From the sequence record OM870969.1: a stretch of DNA of 64,000 bases. One strand, 5' to 3'. Within the stretch, counting starts at the first letter, position 1, and each line of letters begins with the position of its first letter. The stretch is from Pseudomonas phage vB_Paer_PsCh. The position numbers were made by a program, and so were the translations under genes. The notes under the pieces were generated by a model. The model saw only the letters and a list, made by a program, of their open reading frames with translations, searched no databases and was not told where the DNA came from. This document shows, in pieces, positions 19,095-28,212 of the stretch.

Positions 19095-21110
19095 ATGGCT
19101 GATTACAGTCAACTACCTATTGAAAATATTTGGTCCACAGGCGGGGATATGGTAGCCCCGACCCCTGCGCAGCAGCAAGGCGGATGGGGTATTCAGTCGG
19201 TTCCTCGCCAATGGTGGAACTGGAAATGGAACCTTCACGATACCAACCTAGCGTATCTGCTACAGAAGGGCATTCCAGAGTGGACCAGCACTCAAGAGTA
19301 TATTGCAAACAAATCGTTCTGCACAAGAGGCGGGTTCGTCTATAAGGCTGTTCGTACCCATACAGGTAGCGACCCGGCCACCGCTAACCCCAACTGGGCC
19401 CGAGCTTTCGCAGACTTTACCACATCTAGCTCTGCACTTGGAAGCCTGACACCAAGAGACGGTGGAATCCCGTTCTTCATTAGTGCCACAGGAGCTAGCG
19501 TGTTTGACTCTACGGCTTATGGTCGTGGAATGTTGAATGTAGCTAACGCCGCAGCAGCCAGAAACTATATTTCGGCTCAAGAAAGTTCTGTTGTACTGTC
19601 TAACCTGTCCACTGTGACTAGGGCTGCCAACACAGTTCCGTACTTCAATACGGATACCTCCATGGCTACCTTCAACATCACAGCGTTCGGAAGAGGACTT
19701 GTCAACGCGGCTAATGCTGAAAACGCAAGAGGTTTCCTAGGCCTAGCTAACTCTGCTATCATCACAGCCGATCCAGCTAACAGAGCCCACACTCTGGTCT
19801 ATAGAGATGCTGCTGGCAACTTCAACGCTGGCGTAATCACTGCTACCCTGTCTGGAAACGCAACTACAGCTAACAAGCTTAGAACCCCAGTTACAATCAA
19901 CGGTGTGGCGTTTGACGGAAGCCAAAACATTGTTCTTCCGGGCCTAGATACAAGTTATGCGGGAACGGTTGCACGTCTTCACATCAACGGAGCGAACCTT
20001 TCGAGTGCAGATAAGACTACTCAGCTAGCACTGAGGAACAAATCTGACAACGACTGGATTAGCCTTGCTGTAGTGGATGACAACATTCTCCAGTTTGTAT
20101 TCAGAAGCGCTACAAACCCAGTTGTCCAGATTGGCAACGAAGTTATCCTTCACACAGGAAACCAGTTCTCTCTGGGCCCGACTCTTACAGACGCTAGGTC
20201 TCGTCTGGGTCTCGACAGACTCACTCAAGGTAGCTCTGATACTCAAGTCTTCCCCAGCACCTTGAACAATGGCCCCTACTTGACCGTACAACCTACGGCT
20301 ATCGGAGGATTCAACGGTAGCACTAACGGATGGCTGTTCCGATTCGACGCTAATGGTAACATGACTCATGGTACAGTTCCTGCCGCTAGAATCACTGGTC
20401 TGTCCAACTCGGCTCAGATTCCAGCCACAACTACGGCGCAGGCTAACTCTCTTGTTCAGAGAGACGCAGACGGAGGATTCAGCGCTATTGCGATTAATGC
20501 GTATGGCACTATCGTCGGGTACGGCTCTAACATCTTCAGTAGAGCATCGGGCACTGGCAACGCCCACATCGGGTTCCAGAGAGCGAACGGAACAGAACTC
20601 GGTCTTATCTGGGGGGCCCAGTCTAACAACTCGATGAACTTCCGGGTAGCTGGTGGCTCCACCGCAGTGTCGATTACCGGTCTGGACATGACTGTTACTG
20701 GAAGAGTCAATGCTACCACACTAAACGCCTCTGGAAACGTGAATGCGACAGGTAACGTCAACGCCGGGAGTGCTACACTCAATACAGCAGGGAACATCAC
20801 AGGGGCCGCCTACGGAGCGTATGGTTCTCTTACCAACTGGGTAGATTCTGTATATGCGAAGAAGGGAGAGATTCCTAACGATATCGCTAGAGCAGGCGCA
20901 GCTTGGGACGCAGTTGGACAGTACATCCTAGCTGGCGATCAATCTGGAGGGTCTGGTGGACCGGGGACAACTAGAGCTGGAAGCCAGTTGAAGCCTTATT
21001 CGACTATTAGCTACACAGCAGGGGCACTACCAGCAGCAGGCACTTACAGATGTATGGGAGCGTTTGCAGGTGGTGGTAACCAGATTACCCTGTGGCAGAG
21101 AATTTCTTAA
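19095..21110 (+). CDS. tail fiber protein 1
   Basis: 671 aa. N-terminal about 100 aa are conserved with ORF 21536..23035 (GIPEW..TQEY..YKAVRTH). The Ser/Thr/Gly/Asn/Ala-rich C-terminal region is typical of fiber shafts. Confidence 0.65.
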   Translation: MADYSQLPIENIWSTGGDMVAPTPAQQQGGWGIQSVPRQWWNWKWNLHDTNLAYLLQKGIPEWTSTQEYIANKSFCTRGGFVYKAVRTHTGSDPATANPNWARAFADFTTSSSALGSLTPRDGGIPFFISATGASVFDSTAYGRGMLNVANAAAARNYISAQESSVVLSNLSTVTRAANTVPYFNTDTSMATFNITAFGRGLVNAANAENARGFLGLANSAIITADPANRAHTLVYRDAAGNFNAGVITATLSGNATTANKLRTPVTINGVAFDGSQNIVLPGLDTSYAGTVARLHINGANLSSADKTTQLALRNKSDNDWISLAVVDDNILQFVFRSATNPVVQIGNEVILHTGNQFSLGPTLTDARSRLGLDRLTQGSSDTQVFPSTLNNGPYLTVQPTAIGGFNGSTNGWLFRFDANGNMTHGTVPAARITGLSNSAQIPATTTAQANSLVQRDADGGFSAIAINAYGTIVGYGSNIFSRASGTGNAHIGFQRANGTELGLIWGAQSNNSMNFRVAGGSTAVSITGLDMTVTGRVNATTLNASGNVNATGNVNAGSATLNTAGNITGAAYGAYGSLTNWVDSVYAKKGEIPNDIARAGAAWDAVGQYILAGDQSGGSGGPGTTRAGSQLKPYSTISYTAGALPAAGTYRCMGAFAGGGNQITLWQRIS

Positions 21111-21111
21111 T

Positions 21112-21135
21112 AGAGGGCTTCGGCCCTCCTTTTAG
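21112..21135 (+). terminator. rho-independent terminator (UUCG tetraloop)
   Basis: AGGGC-TTCG-GCCCT hairpin followed by CCTTTTAG. Confidence 0.55.
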
Positions 21136-21146
21136 AGGAGATTATA

Positions 21147-21524
21147 GTGGAATTCAGAAATGTTGTAAAATACAAAATGGGGTTCGAATGCGAGGTAAAT
21201 CATCCTCAGTGGGGATGGATTCCGTTCTACGCTTGCGATTACGACGATAGAGCCAAACTGGTATATGACGCCATCTCCCGTGCTGTCGATAACGGAGAAA
21301 TCCCCGAACCAAAGGACGTTACAGATAGAGACCTCGTTGTAGATGCACGTCTGTGGAGAGATAATGAGCTAACCCGGGCTGATCGTCAAGTAGAAATTGC
21401 TATCGACGATGAAGACGAAGTAAAAGAGAAGGCTTGGCGTAAGTACCGCTCTGCACTACGTAAGTGGCCTGAGCATAAAAACTTCCCAGCCGAGAAGAGT
21501 AAACCAAAAGCTCCGAAGGAGTGA
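21147..21524 (+). CDS. tail fiber assembly chaperone (Tfa / Caudo_TAP-like), GTG start
   Basis: 125 aa with a GTG start and RBS AGAGGAG. C-terminal AWRKYRSALRKWPE resembles the conserved Tfa C-terminus (AWKKYRVLLNRVD..WP). Confidence 0.5.
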   Translation: MEFRNVVKYKMGFECEVNHPQWGWIPFYACDYDDRAKLVYDAISRAVDNGEIPEPKDVTDRDLVVDARLWRDNELTRADRQVEIAIDDEDEVKEKAWRKYRSALRKWPEHKNFPAEKSKPKAPKE

Positions 21525-21535
21525 GGTAAGATAAT

Positions 21536-23035
21536 ATGCCAAACATTATGAAGCCTACGGGAATCAACGCTATCTGGTCTGAAAACGGCCAGAAGGTTGA
21601 CCCGGGTGCTGTAAAAGTTGGGCTTGGATGGGTGACAGAACTACCTCCCTACCAAACTGCCAACTTCATTGAATACAAGCAAGACTTGTTCAACGCGCAC
21701 GTTAACCAGCACGGTATTCCCGAATGGGATAGCGTCACAGAGTATCAGGGTAACCTGAGCTACACTCAAGGCGCTAACGGGATCATTTATAAGTGCCTTA
21801 GAACCCATTCCGACAAGATTCCAACCGACCCTCTCAACATCACAGCAGGATACTGGCGGGTGGCGTTCGAGGATGCAGGGGAGGCGGCCAAGGTTCAAGC
21901 TAACCTTGATCGGCACGTGACAAATTACAACACCCTCTCTGGGATTGGTAACGTAGTTATTGCAAGACAGAACCTGAATGTGTATAGTAAGGCCGAAGGC
22001 GATGCACGTTATGCCATGCGGCACGGCAACGGGTCTAACGTCTTCAGCGTCGCTCCCGCAACACAGCCAACTCACGCGATCCCGCTGAGCCAGCTATCGA
22101 CTCTCGTTCCTCCTGCGACCGAGACTGTAGCCGGGGTTATGGCAGTTGCTACGACTATCGAGACAGAAGCTGGAGCCAATGATACCAAGGCTGTGAGTCC
22201 GCTCAAGGCCGCACAGGTGTATCTGAAGAAGAAAGACAACCTTTCCGGTCTGTCTAACGTCACTGCCGCAAGAGCTAATCTAGGACTGTCGGATACAGCG
22301 ACTATGCCTTCTTCTACATTCCTGAAGGCAGGTAGCAATCTGGCAGATGTGCCTAACAAGGCGCTGGCAAGATCGAATCTTGGAATTACAAGTAGTGCTA
22401 CCCAGCCGGAAACCTATTTCTTGAGGAGCGCTCAGAACCTAGCAGATGTACCTAACAAGGCACAAGCTAGAGTCAACCTAGGCCTCACTGGGATGGCTAC
22501 AACAGACCCTGCGGCGGTTATGATGAAGGCAGACAACCTTGCTGGATTGGCTAACACTGCTACCGCTCGGTCCAACCTAGGGCTAGGCACAGCTTCTACT
22601 AGAAATACAGGAGACTTCCTGTCGTCTGGGGCTAACCTGTCCGACCTCACGAACGTCCAAGCAGCTAGAAACAACCTAGGGTTGAAGGGAGCGGCTACGC
22701 TCGATGTATGGGGTCTTCCTGCGAATACAACTGCTATGGACTTCCAGTCCAGTCAGTCGGATATTTCCAGAGGATGGGCTCGACTACCAAACGGCCTTCT
22801 GCTACAATGGGGAACTGGTCCCGGTCTGTCTGATGACACAAGGACGAATATTCAACTCCCTGTTCCTGCCCGCATCTTGAACGTTCAAGTGACCGTAATG
22901 GGGACGTTTAACAACTCCATCGGCCCGGGCGCTTTCATGACGGATATGTGGAGCAACACCGGGTTTAGAGTTAGCTGCAACTGGGGCAACTGGTCTTACC
23001 CGTTCAACTGGTTTGCTATCACTTCCACCCTGTAA
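21536..23035 (+). CDS. tail fiber protein 2
   Basis: 499 aa. N-terminus homologous to fiber 1. Central region contains about 6 tandem repeats of the motif NL(A/S)DVPNKAxARxNLGL. Confidence 0.6.
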   Translation: MPNIMKPTGINAIWSENGQKVDPGAVKVGLGWVTELPPYQTANFIEYKQDLFNAHVNQHGIPEWDSVTEYQGNLSYTQGANGIIYKCLRTHSDKIPTDPLNITAGYWRVAFEDAGEAAKVQANLDRHVTNYNTLSGIGNVVIARQNLNVYSKAEGDARYAMRHGNGSNVFSVAPATQPTHAIPLSQLSTLVPPATETVAGVMAVATTIETEAGANDTKAVSPLKAAQVYLKKKDNLSGLSNVTAARANLGLSDTATMPSSTFLKAGSNLADVPNKALARSNLGITSSATQPETYFLRSAQNLADVPNKAQARVNLGLTGMATTDPAAVMMKADNLAGLANTATARSNLGLGTASTRNTGDFLSSGANLSDLTNVQAARNNLGLKGAATLDVWGLPANTTAMDFQSSQSDISRGWARLPNGLLLQWGTGPGLSDDTRTNIQLPVPARILNVQVTVMGTFNNSIGPGAFMTDMWSNTGFRVSCNWGNWSYPFNWFAITSTL

Positions 23036-23051
23036 TTCAGGAGTATCAAAA

Positions 23052-23612
23052 ATGGCTCTAACTGAGCAAGACTTCCAATCGGCTGCCGATGATCTCGGAG
23101 TCGATGTTGCCAGTGTAAAGGCCGTCACTAAAGTAGAGAGTCGTGGGAGCGGCTTTCTACTTTCTGGCGTCCCTAAGATTCTATTCGAAAGGCACTGGAT
23201 GTTCAAGCTTCTCAAAAGGAAGCTAGGTCGTGACCCTGAAATAAACGACGTTTGCAACCCTAAAGCTGGAGGATACCTCGGCGGACAAGCGGAGCACGAA
23301 CGTCTAGATAAAGCAGTCAAGATGGATAGAGACTGCGCACTTCAAAGTGCCTCTTGGGGCCTATTCCAGATTATGGGATTCCATTGGGAGGCACTAGGTT
23401 ATGCGAGTGTTCAGGCATTTGTCAATGCCCAGTACGCTAGCGAGGGATCGCAACTAAACACTTTTGTGCGCTTCATCAAGACCAATCCTGCAATCCACAA
23501 AGCTCTGAAATCCAAGAACTGGGCGGAATTTGCCCGGAGGTATAACGGGCCTGATTACAAGAAAAATAATTACGATGTTAAGCTAGCAGAAGCCTACAAA
23601 TCCTTCAAGTAA
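23052..23612 (+). CDS. endolysin, N-acetylmuramidase (DUF3380/PF11860-like)
   Basis: 186 aa from the ATG at 23052 (RBS AGGAG). Motifs VESRGSGF, ILFERHWMF, SWGLFQIMGFHW and YNGPDY are typical of this muramidase family. Confidence 0.7.
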   Translation: MALTEQDFQSAADDLGVDVASVKAVTKVESRGSGFLLSGVPKILFERHWMFKLLKRKLGRDPEINDVCNPKAGGYLGGQAEHERLDKAVKMDRDCALQSASWGLFQIMGFHWEALGYASVQAFVNAQYASEGSQLNTFVRFIKTNPAIHKALKSKNWAEFARRYNGPDYKKNNYDVKLAEAYKSFK

Positions 23613-23629
23613 ATCTAGGAAGGTTCCTA

Positions 23630-23869
23630 ATGAAGAAGCTATTGAAAAGCTGGAAGTTCTGGGCTGCTGTAGGCTCTGCAACTTTTATGGCTCTGGAGGC
23701 CATGGTTCATCTTTGGGAGCCTATCCTTCCTCCCGGCGTATTCGCCGCAGTGGCCACACTGGTAGCTGTCGGTGTAAGAATTTCGGCAGTGTTTGTAACT
23801 GCTGGTAAAGTGGAGGAAGCGATTTCGGAAACCATAGAAGATGGCTCAATAGAAAATGATACTAACTAA
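23630..23869 (+). CDS. holin
   Basis: 79 aa with two predicted transmembrane helices and a charged C-terminus, directly after the endolysin. RBS AGGTTCC is weak. Confidence 0.55.
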   Translation: MKKLLKSWKFWAAVGSATFMALEAMVHLWEPILPPGVFAAVATLVAVGVRISAVFVTAGKVEEAISETIEDGSIENDTN

Positions 23870-24299
23870 ACTCAAAAACTACGCCCTCGTAGTAGCTGCC
23901 GCAATGGCAGCAGGGTTTGGATATCTGTCGTTCTCTTTGTACGGCGACTTAGCTGTTGCGAAGAATGATATCCAATCTCTTCAAGCTGCGTCTCGACAGA
24001 TGGAAGAGCAGTTCCAGAAAGAGCGAGCAGGGTGTGAGATCACCACTGGGAGACTAGAGGCGCATATAGCCCAAATGAAGAACCGACAGGAGCTTCTGCA
24101 AGGCCACCTGTGTGAGCTTGAGTCTCTACCTAACCCAACCCCAAGGGAGACCCAAGAAAATGCCACAGAGACGATCTCTGAGCCTTCTACTGGGGATAGT
24201 CTGGACCCTGCTCTTACAAGCTTGCTCGACAGGGCCTTCTGTTCCGCAGTACCAAACGATCCTTATTGTGCCCCCGGCAAGCCTGACCGAGGAGGTTAA
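23856..24299 (+). CDS. i-spanin (Rz-like)
   Basis: 147 aa with an N-terminal TM helix and a coiled-coil periplasmic domain. Its 3' end overlaps an embedded +1-frame lipoprotein ORF. Confidence 0.5.
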   Translation: MILTKLKNYALVVAAAMAAGFGYLSFSLYGDLAVAKNDIQSLQAASRQMEEQFQKERAGCEITTGRLEAHIAQMKNRQELLQGHLCELESLPNPTPRETQENATETISEPSTGDSLDPALTSLLDRAFCSAVPNDPYCAPGKPDRGG

Positions 24300-24441
24300 G
24301 GTATACCGAGTGGAGCAAGATACAGTCAAGGGGCTCGCTAGAGCTTACATTCTAAATACTAACAGTGCTGCCATGTGCAATAGTCAACTACAGACAATAA
24401 AGCTATGGGCAGAAGAGCAGAGGGCTCTATATGGAAAGTAA
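24160..24441 (+). CDS. o-spanin (Rz1-like lipoprotein), overlapped architecture
   Basis: From ATG 24160 in the +1 frame of the i-spanin 3' end: MPQRRSLSLLLGIVWTLLLQAC|S. Signal peptide and lipobox-like LQAC, with a Pro-rich mature part; extends past the i-spanin stop. Confidence 0.4.
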   Translation: MPQRRSLSLLLGIVWTLLLQACSTGPSVPQYQTILIVPPASLTEEVKVYRVEQDTVKGLARAYILNTNSAAMCNSQLQTIKLWAEEQRALYGK

Positions 24442-24736
24442 AGACGGCAAAGAAGGCCTAATCAAGGTAGCTACACAGGGAGTTATCTCTCTGCTAATTG
24501 CTATCCTAATGGCTTGGTCTGGATTCCTAAGTTCCAGTCTTTCTAAGCAGGAAGAACGTATCTTTGCGATGCAAAGAGATATGGTATCCGAGGCAAAACT
24601 TAACGCACTAGAGTCGAGATTCAATAGCCGACTTGAAAGTGAAATTAGTAACGTAAGAAGAGAACAACAAGAAACCAACCGGTATTTGATTTTGATTATG
24701 AATGCCGTCAAGGGTCGGGATACAGAAACTCAATAA
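24431..24736 (+). CDS. single-pass membrane protein with coiled coil
   Basis: 101 aa with a TM helix (ISLLIAILMAWSGFL) followed by a charged coiled-coil region. Confidence 0.4.
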   Translation: MESKDGKEGLIKVATQGVISLLIAILMAWSGFLSSSLSKQEERIFAMQRDMVSEAKLNALESRFNSRLESEISNVRREQQETNRYLILIMNAVKGRDTETQ

Positions 24737-24771
24737 CTATAACCCGTTAACCCACACTGGGAGACAATATA

Positions 24772-25086
24772 ATGACAAGGAAACAAGACTGGCCGCTAGT
24801 TTCAGCAGTCGGGGCTTTGTTTATCTCCCTCCTTGTCTGTATGGCTATTCTGGCTTTCACAGCGATGACTCCCGAGGCTCGGTTTGACTCTGTACGCCAG
24901 ACCTACGAGATTCGAATTAGCGAATCTGAGCGGCGGTATGAACTCAAACTGAACAGACTACAGGATCAGATAAACTCGGCCTCGTACACACAGGATCGGC
25001 AATCCCGTTTGCAATATGAAGAACTCGACTCGCTTAAAAGGAAGATTAGCGAACTTGAGCGGAGAATAAAAGAAAAACAAGAATAA
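24772..25086 (+). CDS. single-pass membrane protein with coiled coil (paralog-like to 24431..24736)
   Basis: 104 aa with a TM helix (LVSAVGALFISLLVCMAILAF) and an Arg/Glu/Gln-rich coiled coil. Last gene before the bidirectional terminator. Confidence 0.4.
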   Translation: MTRKQDWPLVSAVGALFISLLVCMAILAFTAMTPEARFDSVRQTYEIRISESERRYELKLNRLQDQINSASYTQDRQSRLQYEELDSLKRKISELERRIKEKQE

Positions 25087-25089
25087 TTA

Positions 25090-25127
25090 AGCCCCGGAAG
25101 CGAAAGCTTGCCGGGGCTCTTTGTTAT
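25090..25127. terminator. bidirectional rho-independent terminator between convergent operons
   Basis: AGCCCCGG-AAGCGAAAGCTT-GCCGGGGCT hairpin followed by CTTTGTT on the plus strand. Convergent genes end on both sides. Confidence 0.65.
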
Positions 25128-25133
25128 GGGTTT

Positions 25134-25442
25134 TCAGCGGACAACTTGATAAACTTCGCCGAACAACTCCTCAAGTTTCTGCATAACTTTTTTAGCCATC
25201 TTCTTGCGGAGTTTATTAGACTCTGCGGAGGAATGGAGTAGCTTAATGTCTATGGCGTCGCCCCAGTCTATATTCCCGTCCCCGAACAAAACTTTAACAT
25301 TCAGACACGTCACGCCCGAGTCAATATCGACAACTACGCCGGGCATCCGAGCGTTGGTCTTTTCGAATGTCGCTCTCGGAGGGTCTATGTCCAGATTACC
25401 AACCACGACAACCTGCCCTTTCTTAACGTCAGATAGTTCCAT
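25134..25442 (-). CDS. hypothetical protein
   Basis: 102-aa ORF, last gene of the leftward island. Confidence 0.45.
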   Translation of the reverse strand: MELSDVKKGQVVVVGNLDIDPPRATFEKTNARMPGVVVDIDSGVTCLNVKVLFGDGNIDWGDAIDIKLLHSSAESNKLRKKMAKKVMQKLEELFGEVYQVVR

Positions 25443-25452
25443 TAAAACCTCC

Positions 25453-25773
25453 TTAATCTAACCTCATTAGTGTGTTGAACTGATGCCTCAGAGACTTAAA
25501 AGCCTGCGGTCCGTCGTCTTCCGCTCCTTCATGAATGTGGTGAGCGATAAGGTGTATCAGTCCTCTGTCTCCCAGCAAAATAGAGCTAGGAATCTCTTTT
25601 ATCCAAGCTACAAAACAGCAGAAGTGCAATACCTCTGGCATAGAAGCCTTGAAGCTGGAATCGTCCAGCTTCGACAGGCGGTTATACGTGGCTTTGAGAT
25701 CGGGATAACTCAACTCATACGTTGCATAGTCGTCGATGTGCTCATCACCACTCACCATATATTGCAAGCTCAT
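25453..25773 (-). CDS. hypothetical protein
   Basis: 106 aa from the internal ATG (MSLQYMVSGDEH..) with RBS AAGGTG, placed just after the MazG stop. The longer ORF-track version (to 25827) would overlap the MazG gene. Confidence 0.4.
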   Translation of the reverse strand: MSLQYMVSGDEHIDDYATYELSYPDLKATYNRLSKLDDSSFKASMPEVLHFCCFVAWIKEIPSSILLGDRGLIHLIAHHIHEGAEDDGPQAFKSLRHQFNTLMRLD

Positions 25774-25774
25774 T

Positions 25775-26584
25775 CTACACCTTCTTGCCGCCTTCTGCAA
25801 GGCGAGCTTCCCGCTTGTGGTCTGCACGGGTCATGTTGTACTCGATCTTCTCGATCATAGCCCCTGCAACATCCAGACCCCGTACATTCGCATAGTCCAT
25901 GATGCGAATGATAGCGTCGGCCAGTTCCACCTCTTCCATCTTCCGCTCTGGCAAGTGATCGTCCATCAAATCCTTACGGACGCCTTCAGCAGCTTCCGCA
26001 ATTTCAGTGGTAACGAGCATCAGCATATGCAGAGCATCACGTTTAATCGGCTCGCCTGTGACCAGATCGGTGTTCCACTTGCGGTTAACAACCTCAAGAC
26101 CAGTCATCATTTTGTTAAAACCGCTAACAAACTCGAAGACGGACTCTCGTTCGAATAGTTCACCGAACGTCGGCTCTTGATCTTCAACAATTGCAGTACT
26201 GAAAGGCCACTCCATCCAAGCATCGTAGCACTTTTTGATAAGCTCTTGTTCATCAATGTACGAGAAGACACCCTGTTCCTCAAGCTGACTAATAGCTTCA
26301 GCCCCCTCGACCCAGACGCACGTACCAATAAGCCTTGGATCGATTCTCAGAGAAGTCTTGTAGACTTCTTTCCACGACCTCCATCCTACCCTACCATTGC
26401 CAAAATACACAAGGAGTGGCACATAGCCTTCTCGCTTTTCCTGCTCTGGCGTTTCTATAACTACAACAAACGCCGGAACTTTCTCCCCATCTGGACGTTC
26501 AGTTAGTACGAAGTCTCCCAAGTTGATATTCTCCCGACTAGCTGGGCGAAGAGATTCCTCGATATGGTCTTTAACTTTGCTCAT
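25775..26584 (-). CDS. mazG: MazG-like nucleoside triphosphate pyrophosphohydrolase (with N-terminal extra domain)
   Basis: Start taken at the internal ATG (MSKVKDH..) preceded by GAGGAGGAAG. C-terminal half has MazG helices (ALHMLMLVTTEIAEAAEGVRKD ... EEVELADAIIRIMDYA). Confidence 0.6.
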   Translation of the reverse strand: MSKVKDHIEESLRPASRENINLGDFVLTERPDGEKVPAFVVVIETPEQEKREGYVPLLVYFGNGRVGWRSWKEVYKTSLRIDPRLIGTCVWVEGAEAISQLEEQGVFSYIDEQELIKKCYDAWMEWPFSTAIVEDQEPTFGELFERESVFEFVSGFNKMMTGLEVVNRKWNTDLVTGEPIKRDALHMLMLVTTEIAEAAEGVRKDLMDDHLPERKMEEVELADAIIRIMDYANVRGLDVAGAMIEKIEYNMTRADHKREARLAEGGKKV

Positions 26585-26747
26585 TAACTTCTTCCTCCTC
26601 ACAGAACATTTCAAAATAACAATCACAGCATACCAGCATGCCGGCATCGCTTATAATTTCTTCGACCGGGAGAATGCTTCCACAGCATTCACACCCAGCC
26701 CGTTCAACACCGTCTACACAGACCCAAGAGTTCATCTTAACCCTCCT

Positions 26748-27884
26748 TCACTCCTCCTTCAGAAGATACTCGTTGCTAATAGCCTTGAAACTAAAGTCTC
26801 GGCTCATGCTTTTGAATACCAAACCTTCCCGGTACTTACCGTTCAACGCAGACTCGCCGCTAGCCATTTTAATCACAGACTCCATTTCAGCAGGGACTCC
26901 CACATTCCACAGGTAGACAGGGACGTGTTTAATTTTCACTCCTCCCTTGCTATTTAGAGTATTCAAAGTTGCAAGTCGCTCTTCTGGAAGATAATAACGA
27001 CTCTCCGAAATGTTGTAGATATCGTACACAAAGTATTCCGGTTTGTCAACTCCCTCGAAGTTGCCTTGGATATTCGGTGCAACCAGTTCACCTTGAAGGG
27101 CGATATTCAGACCAAACTCCCGGAGACGCTTACCAAGATCAAGCTCTTCAGCCATAGCAGTGAAGTGATTGGAGTCCTTCTTAATCACACGCTTCCAGCC
27201 GTGACCCTTGAAAAAGTTCTTGACCGCAGTGAAGAAGCCGATCTTCTCGTCCTCAAGACGGAAACCTACGTTACGAGAGGCTACACCGGTATCGCCGTCT
27301 TTATGCCAGATGGTGAGAGACGATCCGTCCAGTTTGAAGGTCACTTCGAACTTCTCACCTTTCGTGTAGGCATTCTCGTAGGCCATTTTGATATTCTGTA
27401 CGCGGGCCTGATCCGTTTTCGGGATGAAGTTGGGGAACCCTAGCTTGGAAGTGCCAGTTCGGTCGCCCTTGTTGCCGCCATTGATAGCTGCCTGCTCGGA
27501 CGGCTTTACATACTTCAGGATGCCCATCCGGTCGGTAACGTCTTCGTCTACTTTCGGTTCTGGACTACCGGCTGCATGAACAGGCACGATCAATCCTTGG
27601 CTAAGCTCTTTACGAAGCTTCATGGTCTTGATTCGAGAATACTCTTTTCCACCTTGTTCGACCATATTACGGCCACGCAGGAATTCAAAAATAGGGTTGT
27701 CTACAGGGACCATGGAGTCCACTTCAATGTAGATTGCCAGATCACCGGCCTGATACTCCCCTCGTTTGATTACGCACTGCCAACCACCAACAAGCGCCAG
27801 ATCGAGGCTGTCAGCGTTAGGATGGGTCTTCACATCATCGATACGAACTACTCGGGCAAGTACGCGGTCTTGGGAATTACTCAT
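26748..27884 (-). CDS. ATP-dependent RNA ligase, DraRnl/Rnl5-like (N-terminal OB fold plus nucleotidyltransferase)
   Basis: 378 aa. Adenylyltransferase motif I KLDGSS (VTFKLDGSSLTIWHKD) and a motif V-like EGLVFK. OB-like N-terminus (VVRIDDVKTHPNADSLDLALVGGWQCVIKRGEY), i.e. the DRB0094-type domain order. Confidence 0.5.
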   Translation of the reverse strand: MSNSQDRVLARVVRIDDVKTHPNADSLDLALVGGWQCVIKRGEYQAGDLAIYIEVDSMVPVDNPIFEFLRGRNMVEQGGKEYSRIKTMKLRKELSQGLIVPVHAAGSPEPKVDEDVTDRMGILKYVKPSEQAAINGGNKGDRTGTSKLGFPNFIPKTDQARVQNIKMAYENAYTKGEKFEVTFKLDGSSLTIWHKDGDTGVASRNVGFRLEDEKIGFFTAVKNFFKGHGWKRVIKKDSNHFTAMAEELDLGKRLREFGLNIALQGELVAPNIQGNFEGVDKPEYFVYDIYNISESRYYLPEERLATLNTLNSKGGVKIKHVPVYLWNVGVPAEMESVIKMASGESALNGKYREGLVFKSMSRDFSFKAISNEYLLKEE

Positions 27885-27915
27885 ATGTTATCCTCCTTGT
27901 TTGAAAATTGGTATA

Positions 27916-28149
27916 TTACTTGTTAAACCAGCCGAGGTCAATAGCTCGCTCTAAGGCCAGTAGCAGATTTTCAGCATCTAGAAGGTCACGGATCGCGATC
28001 CAACTGCCGCTGTCTCCCGGTAGACCATCTGTGATATATACAGGTATGTCGCTGTACTCGCTCTTTTTAAGCCCGCAGGCACAGGCTACATTGTCTCCGA
28101 AGACAATCTCGCTGACTTCCCTTGCCTCGTCTCGAATATCAATCTTCAT
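27916..28149 (-). CDS. hypothetical protein
   Basis: 77 aa from the internal ATG (MKIDIRDEAREV..) with RBS AGGAGA. First gene downstream of the leftward promoter. Confidence 0.4.
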   Translation of the reverse strand: MKIDIRDEAREVSEIVFGDNVACACGLKKSEYSDIPVYITDGLPGDSGSWIAIRDLLDAENLLLALERAIDLGWFNK

Positions 28150-28183
28150 TATGTTTTTCTCCTGTTGTGTTGAAAGTCGTTGT

Positions 28184-28212
28184 ATTCTGCATGGATTCAT
28201 CTGCTGTGTCAA
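28184..28212 (-). promoter_or_regulatory. sigma70-like promoter (leftward) for the MazG/RNA-ligase island
   Basis: Minus strand: TTGACA, 17-nt spacer, CAGAAT; located just upstream of the 28149 start. Confidence 0.45.

Noticed and set aside
19117-20800. Multiple short ORFs on both strands within tail fiber gene 1
   Set aside because: Out-of-frame or antisense ORFs inside a long repeat-rich fiber gene. No RBSs.
26571-26735. Apparent Cys-rich small ORF between the MazG-like and RNA ligase genes (minus strand)
   Set aside because: On careful re-reading across the line break (CCCC at 26697-26701), the frame from the upstream ATG hits a TGA after 15 codons. Only a 22-codon remnant in frame with an internal ATG remains, without support.
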